The notes beneath the pieces are model-generated. The model searched no databases and had not been told where the DNA came from. It worked only from the letters and a program-made list of their open reading frames with translations. Below are positions 1-9,129 of a DNA stretch of 20,000 bases, in pieces. The translations under genes were made by a program, and so were the position numbers. Each line of letters starts with the position of its first letter. The stretch's first letter is position 1. Origin of the DNA: Chiloscyllium plagiosum (taxonomy: Eukaryota); contig NC_057719.1 of the NCBI RefSeq assembly GCF_004010195.1, positions 72,054,386-72,074,385 on the forward strand, written 5' to 3'.

Positions 1-505
1 TAGGGAAAAGACCTTGCCTATTCTGGACCGAAGAGTCTGTTTCCATGCTGTACATCTCTATGACTCTATGACTCTATTCACCCTATCCATGCCTCTCATG
101 ATTTTATGAACCTCTATAATGTCACCCCTCAGCACCCGACACTCCAGAAAAAACTGCCCCAGCCTATTCAACCTGTCCCTATAGCTCAAATCCTCGAAAT
201 CTGGCAACATCCTTGTAAATCTTTTCTGAACCCTTTCAAGTTTCACAACATCCCTCCTATAGCATGAAGACCAGACTTGCATGTAGTATTCTAATAGTGG
301 CCTAACCAATGTCCTATATAGCCTCAACATGACCTATCAACTCCTATACTTAATAAACTGGCCAATAAAGGCAAATGTACTAAACGCCTTCTTCAATATC
401 CAACCTGCGACTCCACTTTCAGGGACCTACGAACCTGCATTCCAAGGTCTCTTTGTTCAGCAACAGTCCCCAGTACTTTACCATTCAATGTATAAGGCCT
501 GCCCT
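1..505 (-). mobile_element. CR1/HER1-like LINE, ORF2 C-terminal fragment (runs off the left edge; interrupted at 24-73)
   Basis: ORF 58..330(-) reads LYRTLVRPLLEY..QVWS..KLERVQKRFTRMLP..LSYRDRLNRLG, the typical CR1 ORF2 C-terminus. It is closely similar to the copy at 19404-20000. Confidence 0.9.
24..73 (+). mobile_element. 50-bp 5'-truncated LINE insertion consisting of the 3' tail only, in opposite orientation to its host LINE
   Basis: tggaccgaagagtctgtttccatgctgtacatctctatgactctatgact nearly equals the reverse complement of the LINE tail at ~19404-19460. It is flanked by the duplicated hexamer CTATTC (18-23 and 74-79). Confidence 0.85.
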
Positions 506-1462
506 GAGCAAGTACTGGACTATTTCAGAGTATGAAGATCATGGTGTCAGTCAGCACACGTTACATTGATTTGACACCAGTGCTGCTATTTTGGATCTGA
601 ACTTTAGCTATAATGCTCTGTCTTCGCCTAATCTAGCTGAAGAATGCAAAATATAAAGAATGAATCATCCCAACCGCAAAGCTATTTAAAGGAATCATTA
701 ACAACTAACGATTCTGTCCTGTGTTAGACAATACATGAAACTCCACATCAATCATGGCTGACCAGGGGACCCTTGATCTTAGGCTATTGGCATATTGGAA
801 AGATTTACAGATTGATAATCAAACTGATTGGTTGCATTATGAGGGGACTTTCCTTGACCATTGGGTCCTGGGTGAACTTAGAGTTCCTGGCTCAGAGGTA
901 GAGACATTATCTACTGCGTTACTAAACTCACAGACAGATTATCTTCTATTATTTCAGTTTGAATTTGTGGGAGTACAGGATGATTTGAGAAATTGGGTAA
1001 AGTTGGTGAAATCTGCAGGGAGTTGAGTTGTATTGGTTGAGACTGCTAGGGGCTTTGTACACACCACTTGCTCCAGATTTAGATACGATTTTGGCAGTTT
1101 CACATACACTTCAGCATCAGAGGAAGGAGAAGTGGAGGCAGCAAAGAAGAGGACAAGGTGCTTACGTAAGGAGAAGGAGAAGAACAATGACTTTAGTATG
1201 ATACCATATCTGCCTAGTGTCTTCAGTGAACATGTCACTTCCTTGCACCAAAATCAGGAGCACTGTGCTATTATAATCATGCTTGGCATCATTAACATTT
1301 TAAAAAAATAATTCAAATCCTAACAATTATCCAACAGAGCTACACAAGATTTACTTTTTGTTTAAAAGAATGAGACAAAGCAATCATTAACACTATAGAT
1401 TACAACTACATACAAGATAAGCTCAATCTTATCCTTTACTCCCCACCTTAAGAATTCTATTA

Positions 1463-1681
1463 CAGGTCTCCACCGCTTTTCGAACGTTCGCTTTACACAA
1501 TTTCGCTTTTATGAAAGACTTACATTAGTATCTGTTTTCGCAAATCCAAAGGGGATTTTTGCTTTTACAAAAAACGGCGATACTTTTTCCCATGTAAGTC
1601 ACGCACCTTCGTTTTATGCCATTTTTGGCTTGCGAAAGGCTTCCTGGGAATACTCTACTTTTGGATAGCGGGGACTACCTG
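1463..1681. mobile_element. Tc1/mariner-superfamily (Tigger/pogo-like) MITE, 219 bp
   Basis: TA|CAGGT...ACCTG|TA termini. Imperfect ~25-bp TIRs: caggtctccaccgcttttcgaacgt versus the reverse-complemented right end caggtagtccccgctatccaaaagt. CpG-rich relative to the flanks, no ORF. Confidence 0.75.
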
Positions 1682-2030
1682 TATACTTTACAGTGACCTT
1701 AAATGTTCATTCACTTTACTAGCAGCCAATACAAAAGATATGTCACAGTCTTCTACAATTTACAGTAATTTTCCTTAGAGCTCCAGATATCCTCAAAGGT
1801 AATTTTCTCTGGTTTCTTTGGTCATAAGACCTTCCACAATTACTTTGCAGATATCTGAGCTCCTTGTATGCTGCCAGCTAACTGCCTTTTCATAGCTCTC
1901 CGAGCTGATTCTGCTGACTACTTCCTTCAATGCCCTGTGAGGGCCACCACAAACTTCCTTCACTAACCACATGAGAGGATTAATCTTCCATTAATTTGCC
2001 CTCACACAATCCAAGCTGAGAAAGAGATGA

Positions 2031-2342
2031 CTAGATTCTAGATTCCCGACAGTATGGAAACAGGCCCTTCGGCCCAATAAGTCCATACCGACCCTCCGAA
2101 GAGTAACACACCCAGACCCAGTCCCCTACCCTATATTTACCCCTGACTAATGCACCTAACATGCGGGGAAATTTAGCATGGCCAATTCACCTGACTTGCA
2201 CATCTTTGGACAGTGAGAGGAAACCGGAGCACCCAGAGGAAACACACACACACGCGCGCGCACACACACACACGTGCGCACACACACACACGCGCGCACA
2301 CACACGTGCGCACACACACACGCGCGCGCACACACACGCACG

Positions 2343-2373
<31 letters not shown>

Positions 2374-2524
2374 GCGCGTGCGCACACACACACACGCACA
2401 CACGCACACACACACACACGGAGAATTTGCAAACTCCACACAGATAGTTGCCCAAGGTGGGAATCGAACCCAGGTCCCTGACCTATGAGGCAACAGTGAC
2501 AACCACTGAGCCACCGTGCCGCCC
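2031..2524 (-). mobile_element. HE1-type tRNA-derived V-SINE, full length, with an internal microsatellite expansion
   Basis: The minus strand starts GGGCGGCACGGTGGCTCAGTGG (A box), then GGTTCGATTCC (B box), the central GGTGCTCCGGTTTCCTC and GGTGAATTGGCCATGCTAAATT motifs, and a LINE-like tail ending in (AATCTAG)n. Confidence 0.9.
2242..2420. repeat. Compound (CA)n/(CG)n microsatellite, strictly alternating purine-pyrimidine
   Basis: Seen directly. It generates the low-complexity HT/CV/RA ORFs at 2156-2591. Confidence 0.95.
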
Positions 2525-2721
2525 ACCTACATTCCAGACTATTACTGAAGTTCATATTTCCTCTGCTTAAAGTGCAGGCATACCTGACCATCTTGTTTTT
2601 TACTGTTGGGATGCAGTCAAACCATAGCTAAGCTACAACTATTTCTGCCTGTTTCCCAGACTGAATTTTATGTGCTTTTTTCAAAGATTGGCAAATAAAT
2701 TAACCAAGTTAACAGTTGTTG

Positions 2722-2802
2722 GGGTGGCACGGTGGCCCAATGGTTAGCATTGCTGCCTCACAGAGCCAGGGAACTGGGATCAATTCTAGCCTCGGGTGAC
2801 TG
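2722..2802 (+). mobile_element. HE1-type SINE, 5' tRNA-related head (split by a LINE insertion)
   Basis: gggtggcacggtggcccaatgg (A box) ... gggatcaattct (B box) ... gggtgactg. The element resumes at 4154. Confidence 0.88.
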
Positions 2803-4153
2803 CTTCTTTCAAAAGTCACTGGAGTCAGGAAAAGTCCCGGATGATTGGAAGATCGCTGTTGTAACCCTCTTGTTCAAGAAAGGATCAAGACAAAAGATGG
2901 AAAATTATAGGCCAATTGGCCTAGCCTCGGTTGTTGGTAAAATTCTAGAATCCATCGTTAAGGATGAGGTTTCTAAATTCTTGGAAGAGCAGGGTCGAAT
3001 TAGAACAAGTCAACATGGATTTAGTAAGGGGAGGTCATGCCTGACAAACCTGTTGGAATTCTTTGAATTGGCTGTCTGACAGAGGGCAGAGAGTTGGGAT
3101 AAAAGGTTCTTTTTCGGAATGGCAGCTGGTGACAAGCGGTGTCCCGCAGGGTTCAGTGTTGGGGCCGCAGCTGTTCACATTATACATTAGTGCTCTGGAT
3201 GAAGGGACTGGGGGCATTCTAGCGAAGTTTGCCGATGATACGAAGTTAGGTGGACAGGCATGTAGTACTGAGGAAGTGGGGAGGCTGCAGAAGGATCTAG
3301 ACAGTTTGGAGGAGTGGTCCAGGAAATGGTTGATGGAATTCAATGTGAGCAAATGCGAGGTCTTGCACTTTGGGAAAAAGAATAGAAGCATGGATTACTT
3401 TCTAAACGGTGAGAAAATTCGTAAAGCCAAAGTACAGAGGGATCTGGGAGTGCTAGTTGAGGATTCTCTAAAGTTAAACATGCAGGTTGAGTCCGTGATT
3501 AAGAAAGTGAATGCAATGTTGTCATTTATCTCAAGAGGATTGGAATATAAAAGTACTGTTGTGCTACTGAGACTTTATAAAGCCCTAGTTAGGCCCTATT
3601 TGGAGTACTGTGTCCAGTTTTGGTCCCCACACCTCAGGAAGGACATACTGGCACTGGAGCGTGTCCAGCGGAGATTCACACGGATGATCCATGGAATGGT
3701 AGGTCTATCATACGAGGAACGGCTGAGGATCCTGGGATTGTATTCATTGGAGTTTAGAAGATTAAGGGGAGATCTAATCGAAACTTACAAGATAATACAT
3801 GGCTTGGAAAGGGTGGACGCTAGGAAATTGTTTCTGTTAGGCGAGGAGACTAGGACCTGTGGACACAGCGTTAGAATTAGAGGGGGTAAATTCAGAACAG
3901 AAATGCGGAGACATTTCTTCAGCCAGAGAGTGTTGGGCCTGTGGAATTCATTGCCACAAAGTGCAGTGGAGGCCGGGACGCTAAATGTCTTCAAGGCAGA
4001 GATTGATAAATTCTTGATGTAACAAGGAATTAAGGGCTACGGGGAGAATGCAGGTAATTGGAGTTGAAATGCCCATCAGCCATGATTGAATGGCAGAGTG
4101 GACTCGATGGGCTGAATGGCCTTACTTCCACTCCTATGTCTTATGGTCTTATG
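2803..4153 (+). mobile_element. CR1-like LINE, 5'-truncated, with an internal deletion and an intact 3' end
   Basis: ORF2 RT motifs: VPDDWK..LFKKG..NYRPI..QHGFSKGRSCLTNLLEFF, then GVPQGSVLGPQLF and KFADDTK. Tail (TCTTATGG)n. TSD GACTG at 2798-2802 and 4154-4158. Confidence 0.95.
3063..4022 (+). pseudogene. Open LINE ORF2 remnant (C-terminal half of RT plus the CR1 C-terminal domain), 319 aa
   Basis: Uninterrupted frame containing PQGSVLGP and FADD. It lacks the endonuclease and the YLDFxKAFD motif, so it is non-functional. Confidence 0.88.
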
Positions 4154-4441
4154 GACTGTCTGTGTGGAGTTTGCACGTTCTCCCCCTATCGGCATGGGTT
4201 TCCTCTTGGTGCTCCGGTTTCATTCCACTGTCCAAAGATGTGCAGGTTAGGTGAATTGGCCATGGGAAATTGCCCATCGTGTCCAGGGATGTGCAGGCCA
4301 AGTGGATTAGCTTTGGGAAACATAGGGTTACAGGGATCGGCTAGGGGAGCGGCTTTGAGTAGGATGCTCTTTGGAGGGTCAGTATGACTCGATTGGCCGA
4401 ATTGCCTGCTTCCACACTGTAGGATGTCCATGATTCTATGA
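4154..4441 (+). mobile_element. HE1-type SINE, 3' part (continuation of 2722-2802)
   Basis: gactgtctgtgtggagtttgcac...ggtgctccggtttc...ggtgaattggccatg...gcctgcttccacactgtagg..tgattctatga. The 3' middle differs from the other copies, suggesting another subfamily. Confidence 0.88.
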
Positions 4442-5529
4442 ACCAACTATCTAAGGCTCCAATCTGAATCACTGTTTCCATGGCAATGGAGGCAAAGTTT
4501 GGAATTGTTCTAAAAGAAATGCAGATGAAGGATTTCAGTTCCAGCGAAACTTTTTGATTCTGTTACTCATGTGAATATTTTTTCCAGCAGCATTTTATTA
4601 CCATCTATCATCAAGTTGCCAGCTTTTCACTTTTTCTGTCAAGAAAAGATAGACACCTGGCTCTGTCAATAGGTCCAGAAGTGGGTTATCTCCTGCTCCA
4701 ACGCTGACCTGATAAATTTAAGTTAGCTTTTCACTTTAATTAACTGCAAGCCTGTTTGAATTATGAGCACTTTAGTATTGCTTATCAGTTTCAAACACAT
4801 GTCCAGTTATCTTACTTTTGACTCTTTAACCTTCAATCTATAAGTTATATGTCTGAAATTAAAAGTAGTGCTATTAAAATTATGCATTATGAAACAGAGA
4901 CTTTGTAATTTATATTCATGAAGGAGATATTCCTAGTACTTTGTCATCTTTTATAATCATACCTGTAATCTCAGAGCTGGTCAAGAACAGCACAATCAGT
5001 GTCTGTAAAAGTGATGTGCAAGAATGTTACCAACTGAGTCACAACTGACACTTCCATTCACTCAAGATACTTTCATTTTGCAGTGGTCCACTTTTTTCCT
5101 CCATCTTTCAGCCACTAGATCAAGTCAGAGGATGGCTGTTGGGTGATGAGGTTTACACATGACTCATGAATCTATTCCACAATCCAACTACACCTGCCCA
5201 CTATATGCAGAAAGAGAGCAACACCAGCACTGCCTTGACCATTCTGGAGTATACTTTAATATAGCGTGTGCCCAGCTTGTAGTTATCTGCTTGACACTCC
5301 ACAAACTACCCATCACACAAGTACGGTCCTTAAGGATCCATAAGCACTTCAGGTGAAGTGGGGGCAACCAGCAAAAGCCATCAGATTGTTTAACCCTAGG
5401 GCCTATGACCCACTAATTATTTGTTCTGTGTGGACAATGCACGGTAAATGACTTCAGAAAGTGGAAGCTAATGTGCCAATGCCAAACTGATATGCGCAGA
5501 CCGTCTAAACAGTGAGAGGAAATCGTGCC

Positions 5530-5784
5530 AAGAGCTCCTCTTGAGATTCTCTTGAGGGCCAATTTTGATGTTCAGCAGCTTCTTTTCCATTCTCACTAAC
5601 TTCTGTTCAGATGGTACACTCAAATAGTAACAATATCTTCATTATGTTGACATACAGAATACCTGGTCTCTCAGAATCGGAGTTAGACAAGTTTGTGAGT
5701 ATCCTCAATAATCATCACCACTCCATTAAACTTAAAGCCACAACACACAAGGAAGGCATTCATTTCCTGGGTGTCACTATTTAA
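5530..5784 (+). mobile_element. Degenerate Penelope-like element reverse transcriptase fragment
   Basis: Frame 5629-5781 reads NNIFIMLTYRIPGLSESELDKFVSILNNHHHSIKLKATTHKEGIHFLGVTI, matching the PLE RT pattern YIDDIFxxW..LxxFxxxLNxxHPSIKxT....IxFLDVTI. Upstream LEILLRANF resembles LLExxLxxNxF. Confidence 0.65.
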
Positions 5785-6014
5785 GCTGGCACAAGGCAAC
5801 TTAACATAAGTTAACAATCATTTATTTTTTAACATTAACCATCACAAGCCTTTTTCCAAAAAGATATTACCATGAACACCTTTCTATTGATGTCATAATT
5901 AGCAGTTCCAGATTTATCTTTAGCAAAGTCACTACACCTGAAGTAATTCACAGATGCTTTGAGATGTGATAACTCAAATGTAAATCATCATATGTAACTG
6001 TTTATTACTAATTT

Positions 6015-6650
6015 ATTCAATCATCTCGGCTCCAATGCATAGCCGCAAGAGTTCCAAAGGGTAGTGTCCTGGGCACAACCATCAATGACCTTCCTCCCAT
6101 CATAAGGTCAGGAGTGGGGATGTTTACCAATGATTGCACAATGTTCAACACAATTCATGGCTCCTCAGATTCTGAAGCAGTCCATGCTTGAATGCAATGA
6201 GATCTGGACAACCCTGGACTGGATTGACATGTGGCAAGCAACAAATGGGGCAGCACAATGGCTCAGTGATTAGCACTGCTGCCTCACAGTGCCAGGGGCC
6301 TGGGTTCAATTCCCACCTTGGGGACTGTCTGTGTAGAGTTTGTACATTCTCCCCTTGTCTATGTGGATTTCCTCCCGGTGCTGTAGGTTTCCTCCCATAG
6401 TCCAAAGATGTGCAGGTCAGGTGAATTGGCCATGCTAAATTGTCCATAGTGATATGTGCGTCAGTCAGGGGTAAATATAGGGTAGGGGAATTGGTCTGGA
6501 CGGGTTACTCTTCGGGAGGGTCTCCTCTTCGGAGGTCATTGTGGATATGTTGGGCCAAAGAGCCTGTTTGCACACTGTAAGTAAACTAATCTAAATGCCA
6601 GGCAGTGATCATCTCCAATACAGAGAATTTAACCATTGCTCCTTGACATG
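6015..6650 (+). mobile_element. Old CR1-like LINE RT fragment (second family), split by the SINE at 6248-6592
   Basis: Decayed VP(K)GSVLG..INDLPPIIRSGVGMF(TN)DCTMF..DSEAVH..DLDN. After the SINE it continues KCQAVIISN. Confidence 0.8.
6248..6592 (+). mobile_element. HE1-type SINE, full length
   Basis: A box tggctcagtga, B box ggttcaattcc, central V-SINE motifs and tail ..cctgtttgcacactgtaagtaaactaatct. TSD AAATG at 6243-6247 and 6593-6597. Confidence 0.9.
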
Positions 6651-6713
6651 GATTCCAGGTTATTCATTTTATACAGTCGGCAAATGGTTTTATTCTAATA
6701 GGCCCTGATTATT

Positions 6714-6862
6714 GAGTTGTTTTCTTTACAACAGAGAAGTCTGAGTGAGGACCTTAGAGAGGTTTATAAGATCATGAGAGGTGTGGAAGGGTTGGATAAG
6801 AAGCAGCTGCTTTCCTTTGTTGGAGGGTTAATAACAAGAGGGCATAGTTTTAAGGTGAAAGA
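6714..6862 (+). mobile_element. CR1-like LINE ORF2 C-terminal fragment
   Basis: LFSLQQRSLSEDLREVYKIMRGVEGLDK..TRGHSFKVK matches LFSLExRRLRGDLIEVYKIMRG..TRGH. Confidence 0.8.
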
Positions 6863-6995
6863 TATTTCTAGTGCTGTTATAAACTCTATCACTTCTAAAC
6901 CGAAATTTGGATTTCAGCTAATACCTGAAGAAATGAAATAAAATTTCACATTTAAGAAGTTTACTGTAACCAGTCGTCTATAAGCAAAAAGGAAA

Positions 6996-7121
6996 ACAAA
7001 ATTCTGATGATGATAGGAATCTGAAATTAAAGCAAAGTGCTGAAAATTTTCAAAAGGTTGGCAACTGTCATAGAGAGAGAAACATAGTCAATATTTCAAG
7101 TTGAATGGAATTCTTCAGAAC
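6996..7121 (-). mobile_element. Penelope-like terminal repeat remnant with a decayed hammerhead-like core
   Basis: The reverse complement gttctgaagaa..cttgaaatattgactatgtttctctctct...ttttcagcactttgctttaatttcagattcc aligns by eye with 8480-8600. Confidence 0.55.
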
Positions 7122-8059
7122 ATTTTCAGACCAAAAGCACTGTTAACTGAACACCATTTTTGTATCAACTATAAAGCAGAATTTTAAACATAACTGAAAA
7201 ATCACTTTTCACAGGTACACATTACACTGCTTTAAAAAGTAGACATTGAATTCTTCTGGATGACTTCCCTTTTCGAAGCTGGAAGCTGTTAACAGTAGAA
7301 ATATCTTTCAGTGTGTGGTTTTTCCTGTAGACCTCTCCCTTTAGCCAAATCTACTTTTGGTTGCCTTTGAGTTTTTCATCTTTAAACATAAATACGTTAC
7401 TTTGTAACAAGATAAATTAAATAGAATTTTCCTATGATTTTACCACATGGGTTTTCTTAGGAATGAGATTGGGTAAAGGCAAGCTAAATGAAATAGTTTA
7501 CTTATGAAACTGGAAGGATCTGAATACAATTTACAGATTGTCACTCCTTTATGGCCCACACCATCTAGCACATGCTAAAAATAATGACAGTTTGTAGGAT
7601 GTAATTTAAATATTCATTTTCCACAAATTCCATTTATCTGTAAATTGTAACATCGTGGAAACCACTTGTCATTATACATCCTTCTGCATTTAATTAACTG
7701 TCATCATCAAATTTTCAACTATTTCTTCATATCGCTATATTCTAGTTTGTTCTTTGTCAAAATAAATATTGCTTTACCTCACAATTTTTCTCAGCTTCAC
7801 TGCTTCTCCAAATCATCTGGCCCACGTGTAATTTTTTTAAATGCTGCCTTATTCTCCATGACAAGTTTATTTATACTCTTTGCTTTTCTGTCTTTGGTTC
7901 AATGCCACTGTGTCTATTACTATTAAATTACAGATAATATACTTCACGTCTGAAATGCTGCATTTCATTCCTGTGTTGTTTGGGTACTTGTCCAAATTTC
8001 AGTTATGAGTAATATTTGATTCAAAACATTGGCCAATTCATTGCAGCGTTGCTTTCAAC

Positions 8060-8608
8060 TGCCACTTCAACACACCATCGTGTTCCCTGGCCAACATCTC
8101 TGTCTCAGGCTTGCTGCAGTGCTCCAGTGAAGCTCAGCACATGCTGGAGGAACAGCATCTCATTTTCCGCTTGGGAATCCTACAATCTTCAATATCATGT
8201 TCAACAATTTTAGGGCTTGAGGCACCTTCTCCCATATCCTTACCTCCACACACCAGGCCTTGTTGTCACATGGTCTGTATTACACAAAATCCATTATTGG
8301 CCACTAATAGTCTTGATTAGTAGCTACTCATTCTCCTAGGCTGACCAGTAAACACTCTGCTGTCAGCCAACTGTTCTCTCTCCTTGTGCCACCTATGGCT
8401 ACCTATTGTTTACTCCTTCCCCCCTTCTCCCCGCCTATCTTCTGCATAAAAACCAACTTTTTCTTAGTTACCATCAAAGTTCTAAGGAAGGGTCACTGGA
8501 CCCAAAACATTAACTCTGATTTCTTTGCTGTCAGATCTGCTGAGTCCTTTCAACAATTTCAGATTTTGCTTCTGATTTCCAATGTTCACAGTTCCTTCAG
8601 TTTTTATT
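8060..8608 (+). mobile_element. Penelope-like element 3' end: GIY-YIG endonuclease C-terminus, 3' UTR and terminal repeat
   Basis: The frame from 8060 reads CHFNTPSCSLANISVSGLLQCSSEAQHMLEEQHLIFRLGILQ, fitting the PLE pattern HFN...RxxxEQxxIxxLxTLxPxGLN. A pyrimidine-rich UTR and a hammerhead-like motif at 8476-8517 follow. Confidence 0.8.
8476..8517 (+). ncRNA. Decayed minimal type-I hammerhead ribozyme motif of the Penelope-like repeat
   Basis: agtt-CT(A)AGGA-a-gggtc/actg/gaccc-(A)AAAC-(A)TTA-act. Stem II is intact and stem I is agtt/aact. The core differs from CUGANGA and GAAA at two G positions. Confidence 0.55.
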
Positions 8609-9009
8609 CAGCCAGATGTCTGTCCCTGTGTTCAACGTCCCTGCTTCAGTCTTACAATGCTGGTCACCTGTGCACCCTGCAACGCAGGTCTATGCAGTGA
8701 GAGGACTGCAAGTGTAGCAGAGATTTGCCTCAATGGCCGTGAGGGACTAGGAAATGCCGGTGCCAATGGCTGTGGGCAAGGAGGATGTGCAGCTGGTGCC
8801 CCTGGATCACGTCCTGAAATATTGATTGTTCCTAAGCAATAAAAAGGTGTTAGGGCTGAGCTGAAATCACCAGGTATCCACTCTGATTTCCATGTTGAGA
8901 TTTCTTGATGTCTAACTTGTTTGGTGTATTCAGTAACATAGGAAACTGAATATTAATGAGGTGAGTAGAACCTCACTTCATCACTTGCCAAAATCATAAA
9001 AAATAGAGT

Positions 9010-9120
9010 GGAGGTTCTTGTGATGCAATGGTGGTATCACTACATCTGAACTAGAAATTTTGGGTTTAAGTCGCACACACTCCATAAAATATCTGAACAA
9101 ATTGTTTAAAACTATCTAAA
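9010..9120 (+). mobile_element. Old short tRNA-derived SINE (not HE1)
   Basis: gtgatgcaatggtgg (A-box-like), gggtttaagtcgc (B-box-like), then ctcc..ataa..tctgaaca. Similar to 16970-17087. Confidence 0.55.
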
Positions 9121-9129
9121 AGATGTATT

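Noticed and set aside
754..1311. Three overlapping 90-94 aa ORFs, a possible mini-exon (958-997) and a faint LRR C-terminal look (EQVVCTKP)
   Set aside because: No recognisable domain, neighbouring frames contain stops, and no consistent exon chain. It may be a decayed mobile-element coding region, but I cannot assign it.
2156..2591. Five overlapping ORFs rich in CV, HT or RA
   Set aside because: They are translations of the dinucleotide microsatellite inside a SINE.
3035..4446. Antisense and overlapping ORFs (3035..3391, 3785..3994, 4058..4387, 4186..4446)
   Set aside because: Shadow frames of LINE and SINE sequence.
4523..4595. cagatgaagg...cgaaac, a possible hammerhead or Penelope tail remnant
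   Set aside because: The core starts CAGA rather than CTGA, stem II is poorly paired, and it is too degraded to support.
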